From: an uncultured Acidobacteriaceae bacterium
GTDB taxonomy: Bacteria; Acidobacteriota; Terriglobia; Terriglobales; Acidobacteriaceae
Direction: 5' to 3'
Assembly: GCA_963789425.1 (NCBI GenBank)
Contig: CAWBKM010000006.1
Location: forward strand, 178,160 to 242,159
Length of the DNA stretch: 64,000 nt
Below are positions 1 to 10,471 of this stretch, one piece after another. The position numbers and the translations under genes were made by a program. Each line of letters begins with the position of its first letter. The stretch's first letter is position 1. Under the pieces are notes generated by a model. The model was given only the letters and a program-made list of their open reading frames with translations. It was not told the origin of the DNA and ran no database searches.

Positions 1-1
1 C

Positions 2-91
2 GCCGGCGTTTTGAAGCTTGAACTCACGAAGAAGCCCGAAGCGCAGCCCAAGCAGATCAAGGTGAACGTGAATCAGACGCTGGCAGCGTAA
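2..91 (+). CDS. Hsp20/alpha-crystallin small heat-shock protein, 3' end only (truncated by window start)
   Basis: Frame from nt 2 reads AGVLKLELTKKPEAQPKQIKVNVNQTLAA*: beta9 GVL motif plus C-terminal IxV motif; lies directly upstream of clpB. Confidence 0.7.
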   Translation, partial: AGVLKLELTKKPEAQPKQIKVNVNQTLAA

Positions 92-171
92 GTCGGCCAT
101 CACCATTCAGCCATAAGCCTTCAACGCCTGGCTGAGTCCATTAGAGCCGACCTCACGTTTGGGAGATCGGC

Positions 172-210
172 ACGCCGGGAGGGGTTGCAATTCCCTGCCC
201 GGCGTTTTTT
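172..210 (+). terminator. Intrinsic terminator after hsp20
   Basis: ACGCCGGG/CCCGGCGT and AGGG/CCCT stems followed by T6 (205-210). Confidence 0.75.
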
Positions 211-268
211 CATCATTTTCAGGGCGGAATTCTGGTATTCAACCCGATGTCGGGTATTCCCGAATTAA

Positions 269-300
269 GCTAGAGGCTAAAAGCTAATAGCTGGGAGCTG
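269..300 (+). repeat. GCTAGAR-type heptamer tandem array ending in the clpB RBS
   Basis: GCTAGAG GCTAAAA GCTAATA GCTGGGA GCTG, then 6 nt to ATG 307. Confidence 0.65.
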
Positions 301-306
301 TTTTTC

Positions 307-2931
307 ATGGCCATTCGTTGGGAAAAATTGACGGTCAAAACGCAGCAGGCGATCCAGGAGGCGCAGTCGCGCGCTGCCGAGTTCAGCAACCCTGAGCTTC
401 AGCCGGTGCACCTGCTGCTGGCGCTCATCGGAGACCGCGAAGGCGTAGTGCCTTCCGTGCTCGAGAAGATCGGTGTGCCCATTGAACATCTGGAGAGCGA
501 CCTGCGCGGCATCGAACAGAAACTGCCGCGGGTAGCCGGAGTTGCCTCACAACCCAGCCTGAGCCAGTCGATGAACAAAGTTCTCGAGCAGGCCTTCAAA
601 GAGGCCCAGAACTTCAAAGACGAGTATGTTTCAACCGAACATCTATTGCTTGGCATCGCGCACCTCAAGAGCGATCTCGCGCGCGACGTCCTGGTTGCAG
701 TCGGCGCCACGCATGAGGCTATTCTGCAGGCGCTCACCGCTGTGCGAGGCTCGCAGCGTGTGACCGACCAGAATCCGGAAGAGAAATTCCAGGCGCTGGA
801 GAAATACGCCAAGGACCTTACGGAACTCGCCCGCCGTGGCAAGCTCGACCCAGTGATTGGTCGCGACGAGGAGATTCGCCGCGTCGTCCAGGTGCTTAGC
901 CGTCGTACCAAGAACAATCCAGTCCTCATTGGCGAGCCCGGCGTTGGAAAAACCGCCATCGTTGAGGGCCTCGCGCGGCGCATCATCTCGGGCGACGTGC
1001 CGGAGGGCCTGCGCGACAAGCGTGTCATCGCGCTCGATCTCGGCTCCATGCTTGCCGGCGCAAAATATCGCGGCGAGTTTGAAGACCGGCTGAAGGCAGT
1101 CCTCAAGGAAATTGAAGAATCGAACGGTCAGGTCATTCTCTTCATCGACGAGTTGCACACGTTGGTGGGAGCAGGCGCTGCCGAGGGCGCGATTGACGCG
1201 AGCAATATGCTGAAGCCTGCGTTGGCTCGCGGCGAACTTCGGGCCATCGGCGCAACCACGCTGAACGAGTACCGCAAGTACATCGAGAAGGACAAGGCGC
1301 TCGAGCGTCGCTTCCAGATCGTGTATGTTGGTGAGCCCAACGTCGAGGATACGATCGCGATTCTGCGGGGCCTGAAGGAGCGCTACGAGTCGCATCACAA
1401 CGTGCGCATCAAGGACGCGGCGATTGTAGCCGCGGCTACGCTGTCGCACCGCTATATCAGCGACCGCTTCTTGCCCGATAAGGCCATTGATCTTGTGGAC
1501 GAGGCAGCGGCTTCGCTGGCCATCCAGATCGGTTCCGTGCCAACGGAGATTGACCAGCTTGAGCGACAGGCTACATCGCTCGAGATCGAACGCGCCGCGC
1601 TCAAGCGCGAGACTGACGCCGCCAGCAAGGAGCGTCTGAAGGCGGTGGAGCGTGAAGTCGCGCAATTACGCGAACAAATAACCGCGTTGCGGGCACGCTG
1701 GACAAAAGAGCGCGAGGCGATTACGCGCATCTCCGAAACTAAGAAGAAAATCGAGGCGCTGCGCTTCGAGGCCGAGGAGCAGACTCGCAAAGGTCAGCTC
1801 GATCGCGCCGCGCAGATTCAGTATGGCGAGCTGCCGAAGCTTGAAGCGGAACTAAAGAAGCTTGACGCTGCTCAAGGCGGCAAGGCCGGCGGCGTCCGGA
1901 TGCTGAAAGAAGAGGTCGACGAGGAAGACATCGCCAAAATCGTGAGCAAGTGGACGGGCATTCCCGTCTCGCGCATGCTCGAAGGCGAGGTCAAGAAGCT
2001 CGTGCAAATGGAAGACCGGCTGCGCGACCGCGTGGTCGGGCAGGACGAAGCTTTGAGTGTCGTGGCCAACGCCATTCGCCGTTCGCGCGCGGGCCTCAGC
2101 GATCCCAAGCGGCCGATCGGCTCGTTCATTTTCCTCGGACCGACCGGCGTGGGCAAAACGGAGACGGCGCGTGCACTGGCCGAGTTTCTTTTCGACGACG
2201 AGCAGGCGCTTGTGCGCATCGACATGAGCGAGTACATGGAGAAGCACGCCGTGGCTCGCCTGATTGGCGCACCGCCGGGGTACGTCGGTTACGACGAGGG
2301 CGGCCAGTTGACCGAGGCAATTCATCGCCGGCCCTACGCGGTGATTCTGTTTGACGAAATCGAAAAGGCGCATCCGGATGTCTTCAACATTCTCCTGCAA
2401 GTGATGGACGATGGGCGCTTGACCGACGCCAAAGGCCGGACTGTTGACTTCAAGAACACGGTGCTGATCATGACATCTAACCTGGGCGCGGCCATGCTCG
2501 CGGGCGAAAAGCTCAAGACCGAGCACGACTTCGATATGGCGCGAGAGAGCGTGATGCGCGTTCTGCGCGAGCACTTCAGGCCGGAGTTCCTGAACCGCGT
2601 TGACGATATCGTGATCTACCGTCCGCTGGGCAACGCGCAGCTGAGCAAGATTCTCGACCTGCGCCTGAATGAGGTGCGCAAAATGCTCGAAGACCGGGCG
2701 ATTTCGTTCGAGTTAACGGAACCTGCGCGGCAATTGATCCTGGCTTCCGGCTCCGATGCGGCCTACGGCGCGCGTCCGCTCAAGCGCGCGCTGCAACGCA
2801 TGGTGCAGGATCCGCTGGCCATCAAAATCCTCGATGGCGAAGTGCTGCACGGCGCGCACGTTCGCATCGGCGTGGACCGCAAGTCGAACCAGCTTGTGTT
2901 CGAGCCGATGGGGCGAGAAGCAATGGCGTGA
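307..2931 (+). CDS. clpB: ATP-dependent disaggregase ClpB
   Basis: 874 aa; two AAA+ modules ([16 protein letters not shown]), coiled-coil middle domain, [17 protein letters not shown]. Confidence 0.98.
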   Translation: MAIRWEKLTVKTQQAIQEAQSRAAEFSNPELQPVHLLLALIGDREGVVPSVLEKIGVPIEHLESDLRGIEQKLPRVAGVASQPSLSQSMNKVLEQAFKEAQNFKDEYVSTEHLLLGIAHLKSDLARDVLVAVGATHEAILQALTAVRGSQRVTDQNPEEKFQALEKYAKDLTELARRGKLDPVIGRDEEIRRVVQVLSRRTKNNPVLIGEPGVGKTAIVEGLARRIISGDVPEGLRDKRVIALDLGSMLAGAKYRGEFEDRLKAVLKEIEESNGQVILFIDELHTLVGAGAAEGAIDASNMLKPALARGELRAIGATTLNEYRKYIEKDKALERRFQIVYVGEPNVEDTIAILRGLKERYESHHNVRIKDAAIVAAATLSHRYISDRFLPDKAIDLVDEAAASLAIQIGSVPTEIDQLERQATSLEIERAALKRETDAASKERLKAVEREVAQLREQITALRARWTKEREAITRISETKKKIEALRFEAEEQTRKGQLDRAAQIQYGELPKLEAELKKLDAAQGGKAGGVRMLKEEVDEEDIAKIVSKWTGIPVSRMLEGEVKKLVQMEDRLRDRVVGQDEALSVVANAIRRSRAGLSDPKRPIGSFIFLGPTGVGKTETARALAEFLFDDEQALVRIDMSEYMEKHAVARLIGAPPGYVGYDEGGQLTEAIHRRPYAVILFDEIEKAHPDVFNILLQVMDDGRLTDAKGRTVDFKNTVLIMTSNLGAAMLAGEKLKTEHDFDMARESVMRVLREHFRPEFLNRVDDIVIYRPLGNAQLSKILDLRLNEVRKMLEDRAISFELTEPARQLILASGSDAAYGARPLKRALQRMVQDPLAIKILDGEVLHGAHVRIGVDRKSNQLVFEPMGREAMA

Positions 2932-2940
2932 TATTCGGAC

Positions 2941-2977
2941 GGGATCGGGTTGTGAGGCACCCGAAATATCCGATCCC
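2941..2977. terminator. Hairpin between convergent clpB and esterase genes, possible bidirectional terminator
   Basis: GGGATCGG (2941-2948) / CCGATCCC (2970-2977); no clear U-tract. Confidence 0.35.
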
Positions 2978-2983
2978 AGACAT

Positions 2984-4456
2984 CTACGGCTGCAGCTCTT
3001 TCGGCGTGTAGACTCCGCCCTTCACGAGCAGATCGAGGATGTCCTTCGTTCTCGCGTGGCACGGCTCCATCTTCATGTATGTAAAGTTATCGTGCTCGGA
3101 GTCGATGACGGGTACGGGCTCTTTCGGTCCGGGAATCTGATTAAGCATCGTCCACACGCCCGCCGGAGGCGAGACGGTATCGATGAACCCGAAGCCCGCC
3201 ATCAGCAGCGCTTTGATGCGTGAGGCAAAGTTGACGGTATCGAAGTAGAGAGCAGCATTCATCGCATCGGGGTTGTCGGAAGGCCAATAGGGATAGCCGG
3301 CTTTGCGGCCGTGCAAATCGCCGTTCGTATCAGCGCCGGCCGGCACACAAACCAGCACATCAGTCACCTCGTCCGACCGCAGTCCTGCAAGCGCGATACT
3401 CTGCTGACCGCCCATGCTGCCGCCCGTGAGCACCACTGTCTTGCCGTTCCAGTCGGGCCGCGTTGCGAGATAATCGAGCACGCGCGAATCGCGCAGATAC
3501 ATATCAAGAAAGTAGGATTTTTCACGATCGGTGTTTCCGATCGCGTTGTAGTTCGTCGGAATGTTGCCCGATGGGTCTGAAGGCAACTTATCGTGCGAGT
3601 CGACGTTGAGGACCAGCCAGCCGCCGGCGGCCTGCTCAGCGTCGGCGTGCGCATTGAGCGCGTAAACACCGGCATATTGCAGCATGATTAGCGCTGGGTA
3701 CTTGCCCTCAGCAGCGGGCCGCGCCACGTAGCCGTGAGCCTTCGAACCGAGCGCATCGAGTGCGAACATGCTCATCTCCACGCCCGGCACGTCAGTCTGG
3801 ACCGGGGTGAGAACAGCGTCGATGGGAACCTTGGCCTGCAGAGCCAGCTTGCCGTCCCAGAATGTATCGAAGTCGGCTGGGCGCGGAGTAGAGAGCGGAA
3901 TCTCCATCGGCGCCACGGCGGCGCCAACTGCATATAGACCGTTGTTGCGGCCCGTGTTGCCCCCGATCCAGTGAGGCGCCTGAGGCGAGGTCCCCGAGGT
4001 CGCGGATGCAGAACCGGACTGCGCCGCGGCCGTGGAGGCAGCGTCCGGGGCCGGACTGCTTTGATTCGGCGTTGCGGAACCGGATTGACCCGTGCTTGTG
4101 GCCGATGCATTCGGCGCAGTCGATGCGGAAGCGAGAGCAGCATACGGCTCGATCGCAACATAGATCATTTCGGGCTGGTCGCCGACGATCTCGATCTTAT
4201 CCTTGCCCGACGAAAGATCGAGCTTGCCTTCCTTGAGCACAACGGCGTTGTTTCTGCGAATTGTCCACTCGTAAGCATATGTAGGCGCATCGGAGCCCGG
4301 CGTCACCGTCCAGCCAACCGTTTCGCCGGTTTTGTAGATGCCGTTCGCGTGATAAGGCGTGAAGCTCAGCTGCTGCGGAATTGGAGTCCGCTGGGCGATC
4401 ACCGACGAACAAAAGAACAGGAAAGAGCAGAAGCAAAAAGCTCGGATGCGCGTCAT
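2984..4456 (-). CDS. Secreted acetyl xylan esterase / cephalosporin-C deacetylase-like hydrolase (CE7-like) with N-terminal extra domain and S/T/A/P linker
   Basis: Signal peptide from MTRIRAF (ATG 4456); TPRPADFDTFW, nucleophile elbow GGSMGG, GFIDTVSPP, DSEH. Confidence 0.8.
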   Translation of the reverse strand: MTRIRAFCFCSFLFFCSSVIAQRTPIPQQLSFTPYHANGIYKTGETVGWTVTPGSDAPTYAYEWTIRRNNAVVLKEGKLDLSSGKDKIEIVGDQPEMIYVAIEPYAALASASTAPNASATSTGQSGSATPNQSSPAPDAASTAAAQSGSASATSGTSPQAPHWIGGNTGRNNGLYAVGAAVAPMEIPLSTPRPADFDTFWDGKLALQAKVPIDAVLTPVQTDVPGVEMSMFALDALGSKAHGYVARPAAEGKYPALIMLQYAGVYALNAHADAEQAAGGWLVLNVDSHDKLPSDPSGNIPTNYNAIGNTDREKSYFLDMYLRDSRVLDYLATRPDWNGKTVVLTGGSMGGQQSIALAGLRSDEVTDVLVCVPAGADTNGDLHGRKAGYPYWPSDNPDAMNAALYFDTVNFASRIKALLMAGFGFIDTVSPPAGVWTMLNQIPGPKEPVPVIDSEHDNFTYMKMEPCHARTKDILDLLVKGGVYTPKELQP

Positions 4457-4563
4457 TGGATTCACCGGTTGATGATACAGGACGAAGTGAAACCTCGACC
4501 TCAATGGCCGGGGCCGAAATGGCACACCGGAGTTCTGATTTCTGCTTGGCCGCGTCAGCCAAC

Positions 4564-7053
4564 CTACTGCCTCAGTTCCACCAGCGTTGCACCCTGCCCG
4601 CCTTCGTTCTGGGGAGCTTCCTCGATCCCGGCCACATGCGGATGCCCTTTCAAGAATTCTCGAACCCCACGGCGAAGAATGCCGGCGCCATGGCCGTGGA
4701 TGACGCGCACACGCGGTAGTCCGGCGAGAAAGGCGTGGTCGAGATATTTTTCGAGCTCGTCAGTTGCTTCATCGACTGTACGGCCGATCAAATTAATCTC
4801 AGCGCGCAGCGCGTCAGTGTTCGCGCTCGTCACTGTTACGTGAACGCCCTTCTGCTTTCGGGCCGCTGCGAGAGGGTCAAATTTTCCCTGCCCGGGCTTC
4901 CCTTGCCCCGAGTCTCCTCCAAAACCTGAAGGCTCGGAGAGCTCATCGCGTTTTGCGCGCATCTTGATGGGCCCAAGCGCGACTTCGAATAGGTCCTTCT
5001 CGATTTCGCGCTGCACGACTGCGACTTTGCCCATTGATTTTAGAAATACGCTGTCGCCTGGCGCGACGTGGCGCAGCAGGTGTGGTTGCGCGTTTACGTC
5101 GCCCTGGTCTGCGCCAGTGCGGTGCGCCACGACAGCCTGATTGAAGCTTTCCTGAAATTCGCGGCGCATGCGCGTGATACGCCGCTCCGTTTCCTTGGAC
5201 AGTTTCTGTTGCGCAGCGCGGTCTTCGACCGCCCGCACGTTTTCCCGCATCTGAAATTCGAAATCCTTGAGCAGAGAGGCCAACTTTGCCTCCAGCTCCC
5301 GCACGCGGTTGCGTACCTCGACATCGCCCTCGCGTTCGAGCCTTTTCCGTTCCACATTGAGCGCGTATTGCTGCTCGCGAGTTTTTTTCTTGTCTTGGTC
5401 GAGCTCGGCCAATTCGGAATGGAGTTTGTCGAGGAAGCGCGCGATGTCGGCCTGCTGAGAGCCAAGCCGTTCGCGCGCAGCAGCGATAATCGCCGCGTTC
5501 AATCCCAGCCGCTCGGCCGTTTGAATTCCCGCCGACGCGCCCGGCACGCCAAGATGAAACTGATAGTTGGGAACCAGCGTCCGCTCATCCACGCCGGCCG
5601 CGGCATTGCGCACACCGGGTGTGTTGGCTGCGTAGACTTTGAGCGATGTGTGATGCGTGGAGATCAGGGACCAGGCGCCGGCCTTGAGAAAATGATGCGC
5701 CACGGCCACAGCGAGCGCCGCGCCCTCTTCGGGATCGGTAGATGAGCCCAACTCATCGAGCAGCACGAGCGCGCGCGAGTCCGCGAGTCGCGAGAGCCGG
5801 TCAAGATTGGTAATGTGCGCGGAAAAAGTAGAAAGCGCTGCCTCGATCGATTGCGCGTCGCCAATGTCGGCCAGGAACGCAGAGAACACAGGGAAACTGG
5901 CGCTTGCTGCCGGGACCGGAATTCCCGCTTGCGCCATCATTGCGAGAAGTGCCGTCGTTTTCAGCGCTACCGTTTTGCCGCCGGTATTCGGGCCGCTGAT
6001 AATCAGTTGGCGTTCGTTTGCCGTCAGCTCGAGATTGAGTGGGACTGATTTCCCGCCATTCGCCCGCAAGCGCTTTTCAAGCAGTGGATGGAGGCCGCCT
6101 TGAATTTCCAAAAGGTTTCGTCCAAAAGTCGGAACCACGGAGTGGTCGAAATCGCGGCCAAAGCGCGCCCGCGCCAGCAAGCTGTCGATCAGGGCCAGCG
6201 CTCGGGCGCCTTCGACCAAACTAACGGCGTAGCCGGCCACCTGGCGCGTGAGCGCCACAAAAATGCGGTGAATCTCAGCCTGTTCTTCCTCAATCAGCCG
6301 CACTAGTTCGTTGTTCTGCTCGATGGTCTCCAACGGCTCAACATAGACCGTCTGCCCCGAAGAGCTTGCGCCGTGAATCACTCCAGAGACCCGCCGCTTG
6401 AGCTCCGCTCGTACTGGAATCACGAAACGATCGCCGCGAATCGTAATCACATCGTCTTGCGTTGCATTCTCCGCAGACAGTTTTCGCAGCGTCGCGCGCA
6501 GGCTCTCCTCGATGACTCGCTGCTGCCGCTCCTGCTCGCGACGGATGCGGCCCAACTCCGACGAAGCGTCGTCTGCCAGCGAGCCGTCGGGTTGAATTTT
6601 GCGTTCGATCGATTCAGCCAGCGGCCGCAGGCTCGAGGTAAGCGATGCTGACGACTCCGCCAGACCCGGCAACTTGCCGGCAAGGCGGGCCGGCGGCTCT
6701 TTGAGGAGTGCCTGCCACGACGCGACGTCGTTTGCCAGCCGCGCGATGCTCTGTAACTCGGCAGCTTCAAGCGCCGCACCGGCAATCTGCGCCTTGGCGG
6801 TGAACTGCGTCGGATCGAACAGGCCACCCAGTGGAATGGAGATTTGCTCTTCGAGGAGAAGGCGAACTTCAGCAGCCAGCAAATGCTGGCGCGCAATCCA
6901 TTCCTCGTCCGTTGAGGGATGCAAAGCAAGAATCGCCTCGCGGCCGACCGGCGACGCCGCGAACCCGGCTACGACCGCCAACAATGGCTGCCACTCAAGC
7001 GCGGCCAGGTCGGCGTGCTCAACCGGCGACGGGATGGGATCGAGCAGCGGCAT
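4564..7053 (-). CDS. mutS2: MutS2 family ATPase/endonuclease
   Basis: 829 aa; Walker A GPNTGGKT, LLDELGSSTDP, STHH, coiled coil, C-terminal Smr domain VIHGHGAG. Confidence 0.95.
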   Translation of the reverse strand: MPLLDPIPSPVEHADLAALEWQPLLAVVAGFAASPVGREAILALHPSTDEEWIARQHLLAAEVRLLLEEQISIPLGGLFDPTQFTAKAQIAGAALEAAELQSIARLANDVASWQALLKEPPARLAGKLPGLAESSASLTSSLRPLAESIERKIQPDGSLADDASSELGRIRREQERQQRVIEESLRATLRKLSAENATQDDVITIRGDRFVIPVRAELKRRVSGVIHGASSSGQTVYVEPLETIEQNNELVRLIEEEQAEIHRIFVALTRQVAGYAVSLVEGARALALIDSLLARARFGRDFDHSVVPTFGRNLLEIQGGLHPLLEKRLRANGGKSVPLNLELTANERQLIISGPNTGGKTVALKTTALLAMMAQAGIPVPAASASFPVFSAFLADIGDAQSIEAALSTFSAHITNLDRLSRLADSRALVLLDELGSSTDPEEGAALAVAVAHHFLKAGAWSLISTHHTSLKVYAANTPGVRNAAAGVDERTLVPNYQFHLGVPGASAGIQTAERLGLNAAIIAAARERLGSQQADIARFLDKLHSELAELDQDKKKTREQQYALNVERKRLEREGDVEVRNRVRELEAKLASLLKDFEFQMRENVRAVEDRAAQQKLSKETERRITRMRREFQESFNQAVVAHRTGADQGDVNAQPHLLRHVAPGDSVFLKSMGKVAVVQREIEKDLFEVALGPIKMRAKRDELSEPSGFGGDSGQGKPGQGKFDPLAAARKQKGVHVTVTSANTDALRAEINLIGRTVDEATDELEKYLDHAFLAGLPRVRVIHGHGAGILRRGVREFLKGHPHVAGIEEAPQNEGGQGATLVELRQ

Positions 7054-7148
7054 CTTCAGGAATTATGGTAGCGTTTCGGGCTTGACAGTTGTGCAGACCG
7101 CTCGATTTAAAAGGCGTAGTTGGTCCGGACCGATAGCGCAGCCGGCGA

Positions 7149-7523
7149 TCAGCTCGCAGTCGACTTTGGCGTCGCGGCGGGAGCAGCAGGCGTGGAAGAC
7201 ATCGTGGAAGCGCTGCTGCCGCTATCCGCAGCAGGGGCTTTTGAATCGGATTTTGTGTTGGATTTTGTCTCTGGCTTTGAATCCGACTTCGCGTCCGCCT
7301 TGCTTTCAGCCTTCGAATCGGAATCGCTGCTGGACGAGCTACCCTTTGCCGCGTAGTCGTTCACGTACCAACCAGCACCCTTGAAGCTCAGCCCCGGCGC
7401 GGTGAGAATCCGCTCCAACGCTCCGCCGCATTGAGGGCAGACTTTCTCCGGCTCGGCGCCGAAGTGTTGGATTTTCTCAAAACGATGGCCGCACTGAGTG
7501 CAGCGATAGGGATACAACGGCAA
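7149..7523 (-). CDS. FmdB-family zinc-ribbon regulatory protein with low-complexity S/K/D/A tail
   Basis: TTG start at 7523: (M)PLYPYRCTQCGHRFE...CPQCGG...FKGAGWYVNDY; the 339-aa ORF in the track is over-extended upstream. Confidence 0.85.
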   Translation of the reverse strand: MPLYPYRCTQCGHRFEKIQHFGAEPEKVCPQCGGALERILTAPGLSFKGAGWYVNDYAAKGSSSSSDSDSKAESKADAKSDSKPETKSNTKSDSKAPAADSGSSASTMSSTPAAPAATPKSTAS

Positions 7524-7639
7524 GTGCTCTGACCCCTCGGCAGGAAATGGCCTACTGTGACCATTGTATCGGTAGGGCGGCAAATCTAATGCGACTCGCC
7601 GCCCTTGATGAATGCCGGAGGTAACGGTTCTAGTAGCTT

Positions 7640-8191
7640 TTAATGCACCTGGATGGGCACCGACGCGCTCACATTCTCCCAGGCCAGCGTCAGAGTACCC
7701 TTGCCGCCGCCGTTGTCTGTAATCGTATAGACCAGGTCTTCGACCATCGAAGGCGGCGCTGCCATCGTCATCGCAGTCTTGCCCAGATCCTGGGTTGCGT
7801 CGTGGGCCAGTCCCCACTCGCCGGTCTTCTTGTTTACGATCAGTAGCCAGTGCGCCGGATCGCTGATATCGATAAAGAGCGTGTATGTACCGGCCGGAAC
7901 GTTTAAGTCGCCAATCGTCAGGTCGGCATCGGTTTTCAGCGTGGTGGCGGCATTGGCGCCCCCGCGCCAAATGGGATATTGCGACCCACCACTCGTGGCA
8001 ATCAGCCCGTCCTTGGTATAGATCTTGCCCTCGCGACCTCTTACGCGCGGCGAACTGTAGGCGATCGAAATCGTCTTGCCGCCGATCGTACCGGTCGCTG
8101 TCGCGGGCGGGCTCAATGGCGGCGCCTTCTGTTGGGCAACGAGTGCGGTTGTAGCAAACAGTAAACAAGTACAGATCAATGTGTGTTTCAT
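7640..8191 (-). CDS. DUF2911-like secreted protein
   Basis: Signal peptide; SPPATA, YSSPRVRGR, IWRGGANAAT, LAWEN motifs. Confidence 0.8.
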   Translation of the reverse strand: MKHTLICTCLLFATTALVAQQKAPPLSPPATATGTIGGKTISIAYSSPRVRGREGKIYTKDGLIATSGGSQYPIWRGGANAATTLKTDADLTIGDLNVPAGTYTLFIDISDPAHWLLIVNKKTGEWGLAHDATQDLGKTAMTMAAPPSMVEDLVYTITDNGGGKGTLTLAWENVSASVPIQVH

Positions 8192-8339
8192 TGGTGTATC
8201 TCTCCTCCGGGCAGAGCCTGGTATGTTTTGGGGTCGGCTCCGACGCCCTTCCTTGACGCGATTGATTGTCGCACCGTGCGCCTAGATTGCGAAAGCCGCC
8301 TCTGTGAAAACCCTGTTATGATGCGCCAAAGGAAGAGGA

Positions 8340-9242
8340 ATGGCGGACGGATTAAGCCACAATTCGGCGGGCGCGCGCTTTCGCGCCGCACTGGCGGCTG
8401 AAAGGCCGTTGCAAGTGGCTGGCGCAATCAACGCCTACGCAGCGAAACTCGCCGAGGCCACTGGCTTCCGCGCGATTTATCTTTCTGGCGGCGGCGTAGC
8501 TGCCAATTCGCTCGGCGTTCCGGACTTGGGGCTAAGCACGATGGAAGATGTGCTGACCGACGTCCGGCGCATTACCGGCGCATGCGCCCTGCCGCTGCTC
8601 GTCGACATTGATACCGGCTGGGGCGGAGCATTCAACATTGCGCGGACAATCCGCGAGATGATTAGGGCTGGCGCGGCGGCCGTGCACATTGAGGACCAAG
8701 TAAGCGCCAAGCGCTGCGGACACCGGCCGGGCAAAGAACTGGTGCCGGCCGAAGAGATGGTGGACCGCATCAGGGCGGCTGTGGATGCGCGCACCGATCC
8801 GCAGTTTGTGATCATGGCGCGAACCGATGCGCTTGCGAGCGAAGGGTTGGCGCGGGCGATTGAGCGCGCGCAAGCCTATGTGACTGCCGGCGCCGACATG
8901 ATCTTTGCCGAGGCGGTGACGGATGTGTCGATGTACGCCGCATTTCGCAAGGCCGTGGGCGTGCCCATTCTCGCCAACATTACCGAGTTCGGTAAAACCC
9001 CGCTCTTCACGAGAGAAGAGCTGGCAGCAGCGGGCGTTGACATCATCCTTTATTGCTGCGCTGCGTACCGCGCGATGAATGCTGCCGCGCTCAAGGTCTA
9101 CGAAACCATTCGTGCGGAGGGAACGCAGAAGAGCATGCTCCCGATGATGCAAACCCGCAACGAGCTGTATCGCTATCTCGATTACCACGCATACGAGCGA
9201 AAGCTGGATGAACTTTTCGCCAAGGGCGCAAAGTCAGAGTAG
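8340..9242 (+). CDS. prpB: 2-methylisocitrate lyase
   Basis: KRCGHRPGK active-site loop, YLSGGG, DIDTGWG; first gene of prp cluster. Confidence 0.95.
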   Translation: MADGLSHNSAGARFRAALAAERPLQVAGAINAYAAKLAEATGFRAIYLSGGGVAANSLGVPDLGLSTMEDVLTDVRRITGACALPLLVDIDTGWGGAFNIARTIREMIRAGAAAVHIEDQVSAKRCGHRPGKELVPAEEMVDRIRAAVDARTDPQFVIMARTDALASEGLARAIERAQAYVTAGADMIFAEAVTDVSMYAAFRKAVGVPILANITEFGKTPLFTREELAAAGVDIILYCCAAYRAMNAAALKVYETIRAEGTQKSMLPMMQTRNELYRYLDYHAYERKLDELFAKGAKSE

Positions 9243-9291
9243 ACATTTCCCGCATGGATTCGTTACGTTAATGCTCTCCGAGGGTCGAGCC

Positions 9292-10455
9292 ATGAGCGTT
9301 CAAGAGGCGAGTCACGCACCCGCATTCAAACCCAAGAAATCCGTCGCGCTCTCCGGCACAGTCGCAGGCGAGACGGCGATTTGCACTGTGGGCCAAAGCG
9401 GCAACGATCTGCACTATCGCGGATACGACATTGCTGACCTTGCGGAACACTGCGAATTTGCCGAAGTGGCGCATCTGCTGATTCATGGCACGCTGCCCAA
9501 TGCTTCGGAGCTGGCCGCTTACAAAGTGCGGCTCCTTGGACTGCGCAGTTTGCCCGCTGAAGTAAAGCAGGCGCTCGAACTCGTGCCCGCACACACTCAT
9601 CCCATGGACGTTCTTCGCACCGGAGTTTCCGTGCTGGGCTGCGTGCGGCCCGAGGCCGAGGGCCACAACGTCGCCGGGGCGCGCGAGATCGCCGATGCCC
9701 TGCTGGCTTCGATGGGGTCGATGCTTCTCTACTGGCACCACTTCGCGCGAAACGGCAAGCGCATCGCGGTTGACGCAGACAGTGAGCCGCTGGCGGCGCA
9801 TTTTCTCCACTTGCTGCATGCGCGTGAGCCCAGCAAAGAGTGGGTTCACGCCATTCAGGTTTCGCTCATCCTGTACGCGGAGCATGAGTTTAACGCATCC
9901 ACATTTACTGCGCGCGTCATCTCCGGGACGGGCTCAGACATTTACTCCTGCATCGTCGGCGCCATCGGGGCGCTTAAGGGTCCGAAGCACGGCGGCGCCA
10001 ACGAAGTTGCCCTTGAGATTCAACAACGCTACGCGACGGCCCACGATGCCGAGGCAGACATTCGCCGCCGCATCGCCGAGCGCGAGGTCATCATCGGCTT
10101 CGGCCATCCCGTCTATACCATTAGCGATCCGCGCAGCAACATCATCAAGGAGCAGGCGCGTAAGTTGGCGGTGGACGCTGATGGCCAACGCCTTTTCTCC
10201 GTTGCTGAGCGGATTGAGAACACCATGCAGGACGCCAAGCACATGTTTCCCAATCTCGATTGGTATTCAGCGGTGGCCTATCACCTGATGGGCATTCCGG
10301 TCGACTTGTTTACGCCACTTTTTGTGATGGCACGAACCGCAGGCTGGTGCGCGCACGTCATCGAGCAGCGCCAGGACGGAAAGATCATTAGGCCGTCGGC
10401 CATCTATACTGGGCCGGAGAACCTGAAGTTTGTGCCGATTGCGGCACGGGAATAG
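9292..10455 (+). CDS. prpC: 2-methylcitrate synthase
   Basis: [11 protein letters not shown]-terminus, [32 protein letters not shown]; ATG 9292 preferred. Confidence 0.93.
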   Translation: MSVQEASHAPAFKPKKSVALSGTVAGETAICTVGQSGNDLHYRGYDIADLAEHCEFAEVAHLLIHGTLPNASELAAYKVRLLGLRSLPAEVKQALELVPAHTHPMDVLRTGVSVLGCVRPEAEGHNVAGAREIADALLASMGSMLLYWHHFARNGKRIAVDADSEPLAAHFLHLLHAREPSKEWVHAIQVSLILYAEHEFNASTFTARVISGTGSDIYSCIVGAIGALKGPKHGGANEVALEIQQRYATAHDAEADIRRRIAEREVIIGFGHPVYTISDPRSNIIKEQARKLAVDADGQRLFSVAERIENTMQDAKHMFPNLDWYSAVAYHLMGIPVDLFTPLFVMARTAGWCAHVIEQRQDGKIIRPSAIYTGPENLKFVPIAARE

Positions 10456-10471
10456 GAAGACAGGAGCTCGC

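Noticed and set aside
211-306. CIRCE or HAIR heat-shock operator before clpB
   Set aside because: Neither consensus is present.
7149-7350. Repetitive SKADSK tail of the FmdB protein as a novel repeat domain
   Set aside because: Low-complexity tails are common in this family; no further signal.
7149-8168. 339-aa ORF suggesting a large FmdB fusion
   Set aside because: The upstream 215 codons overlap the DUF2911 gene in another frame; the real gene starts at TTG 7523.
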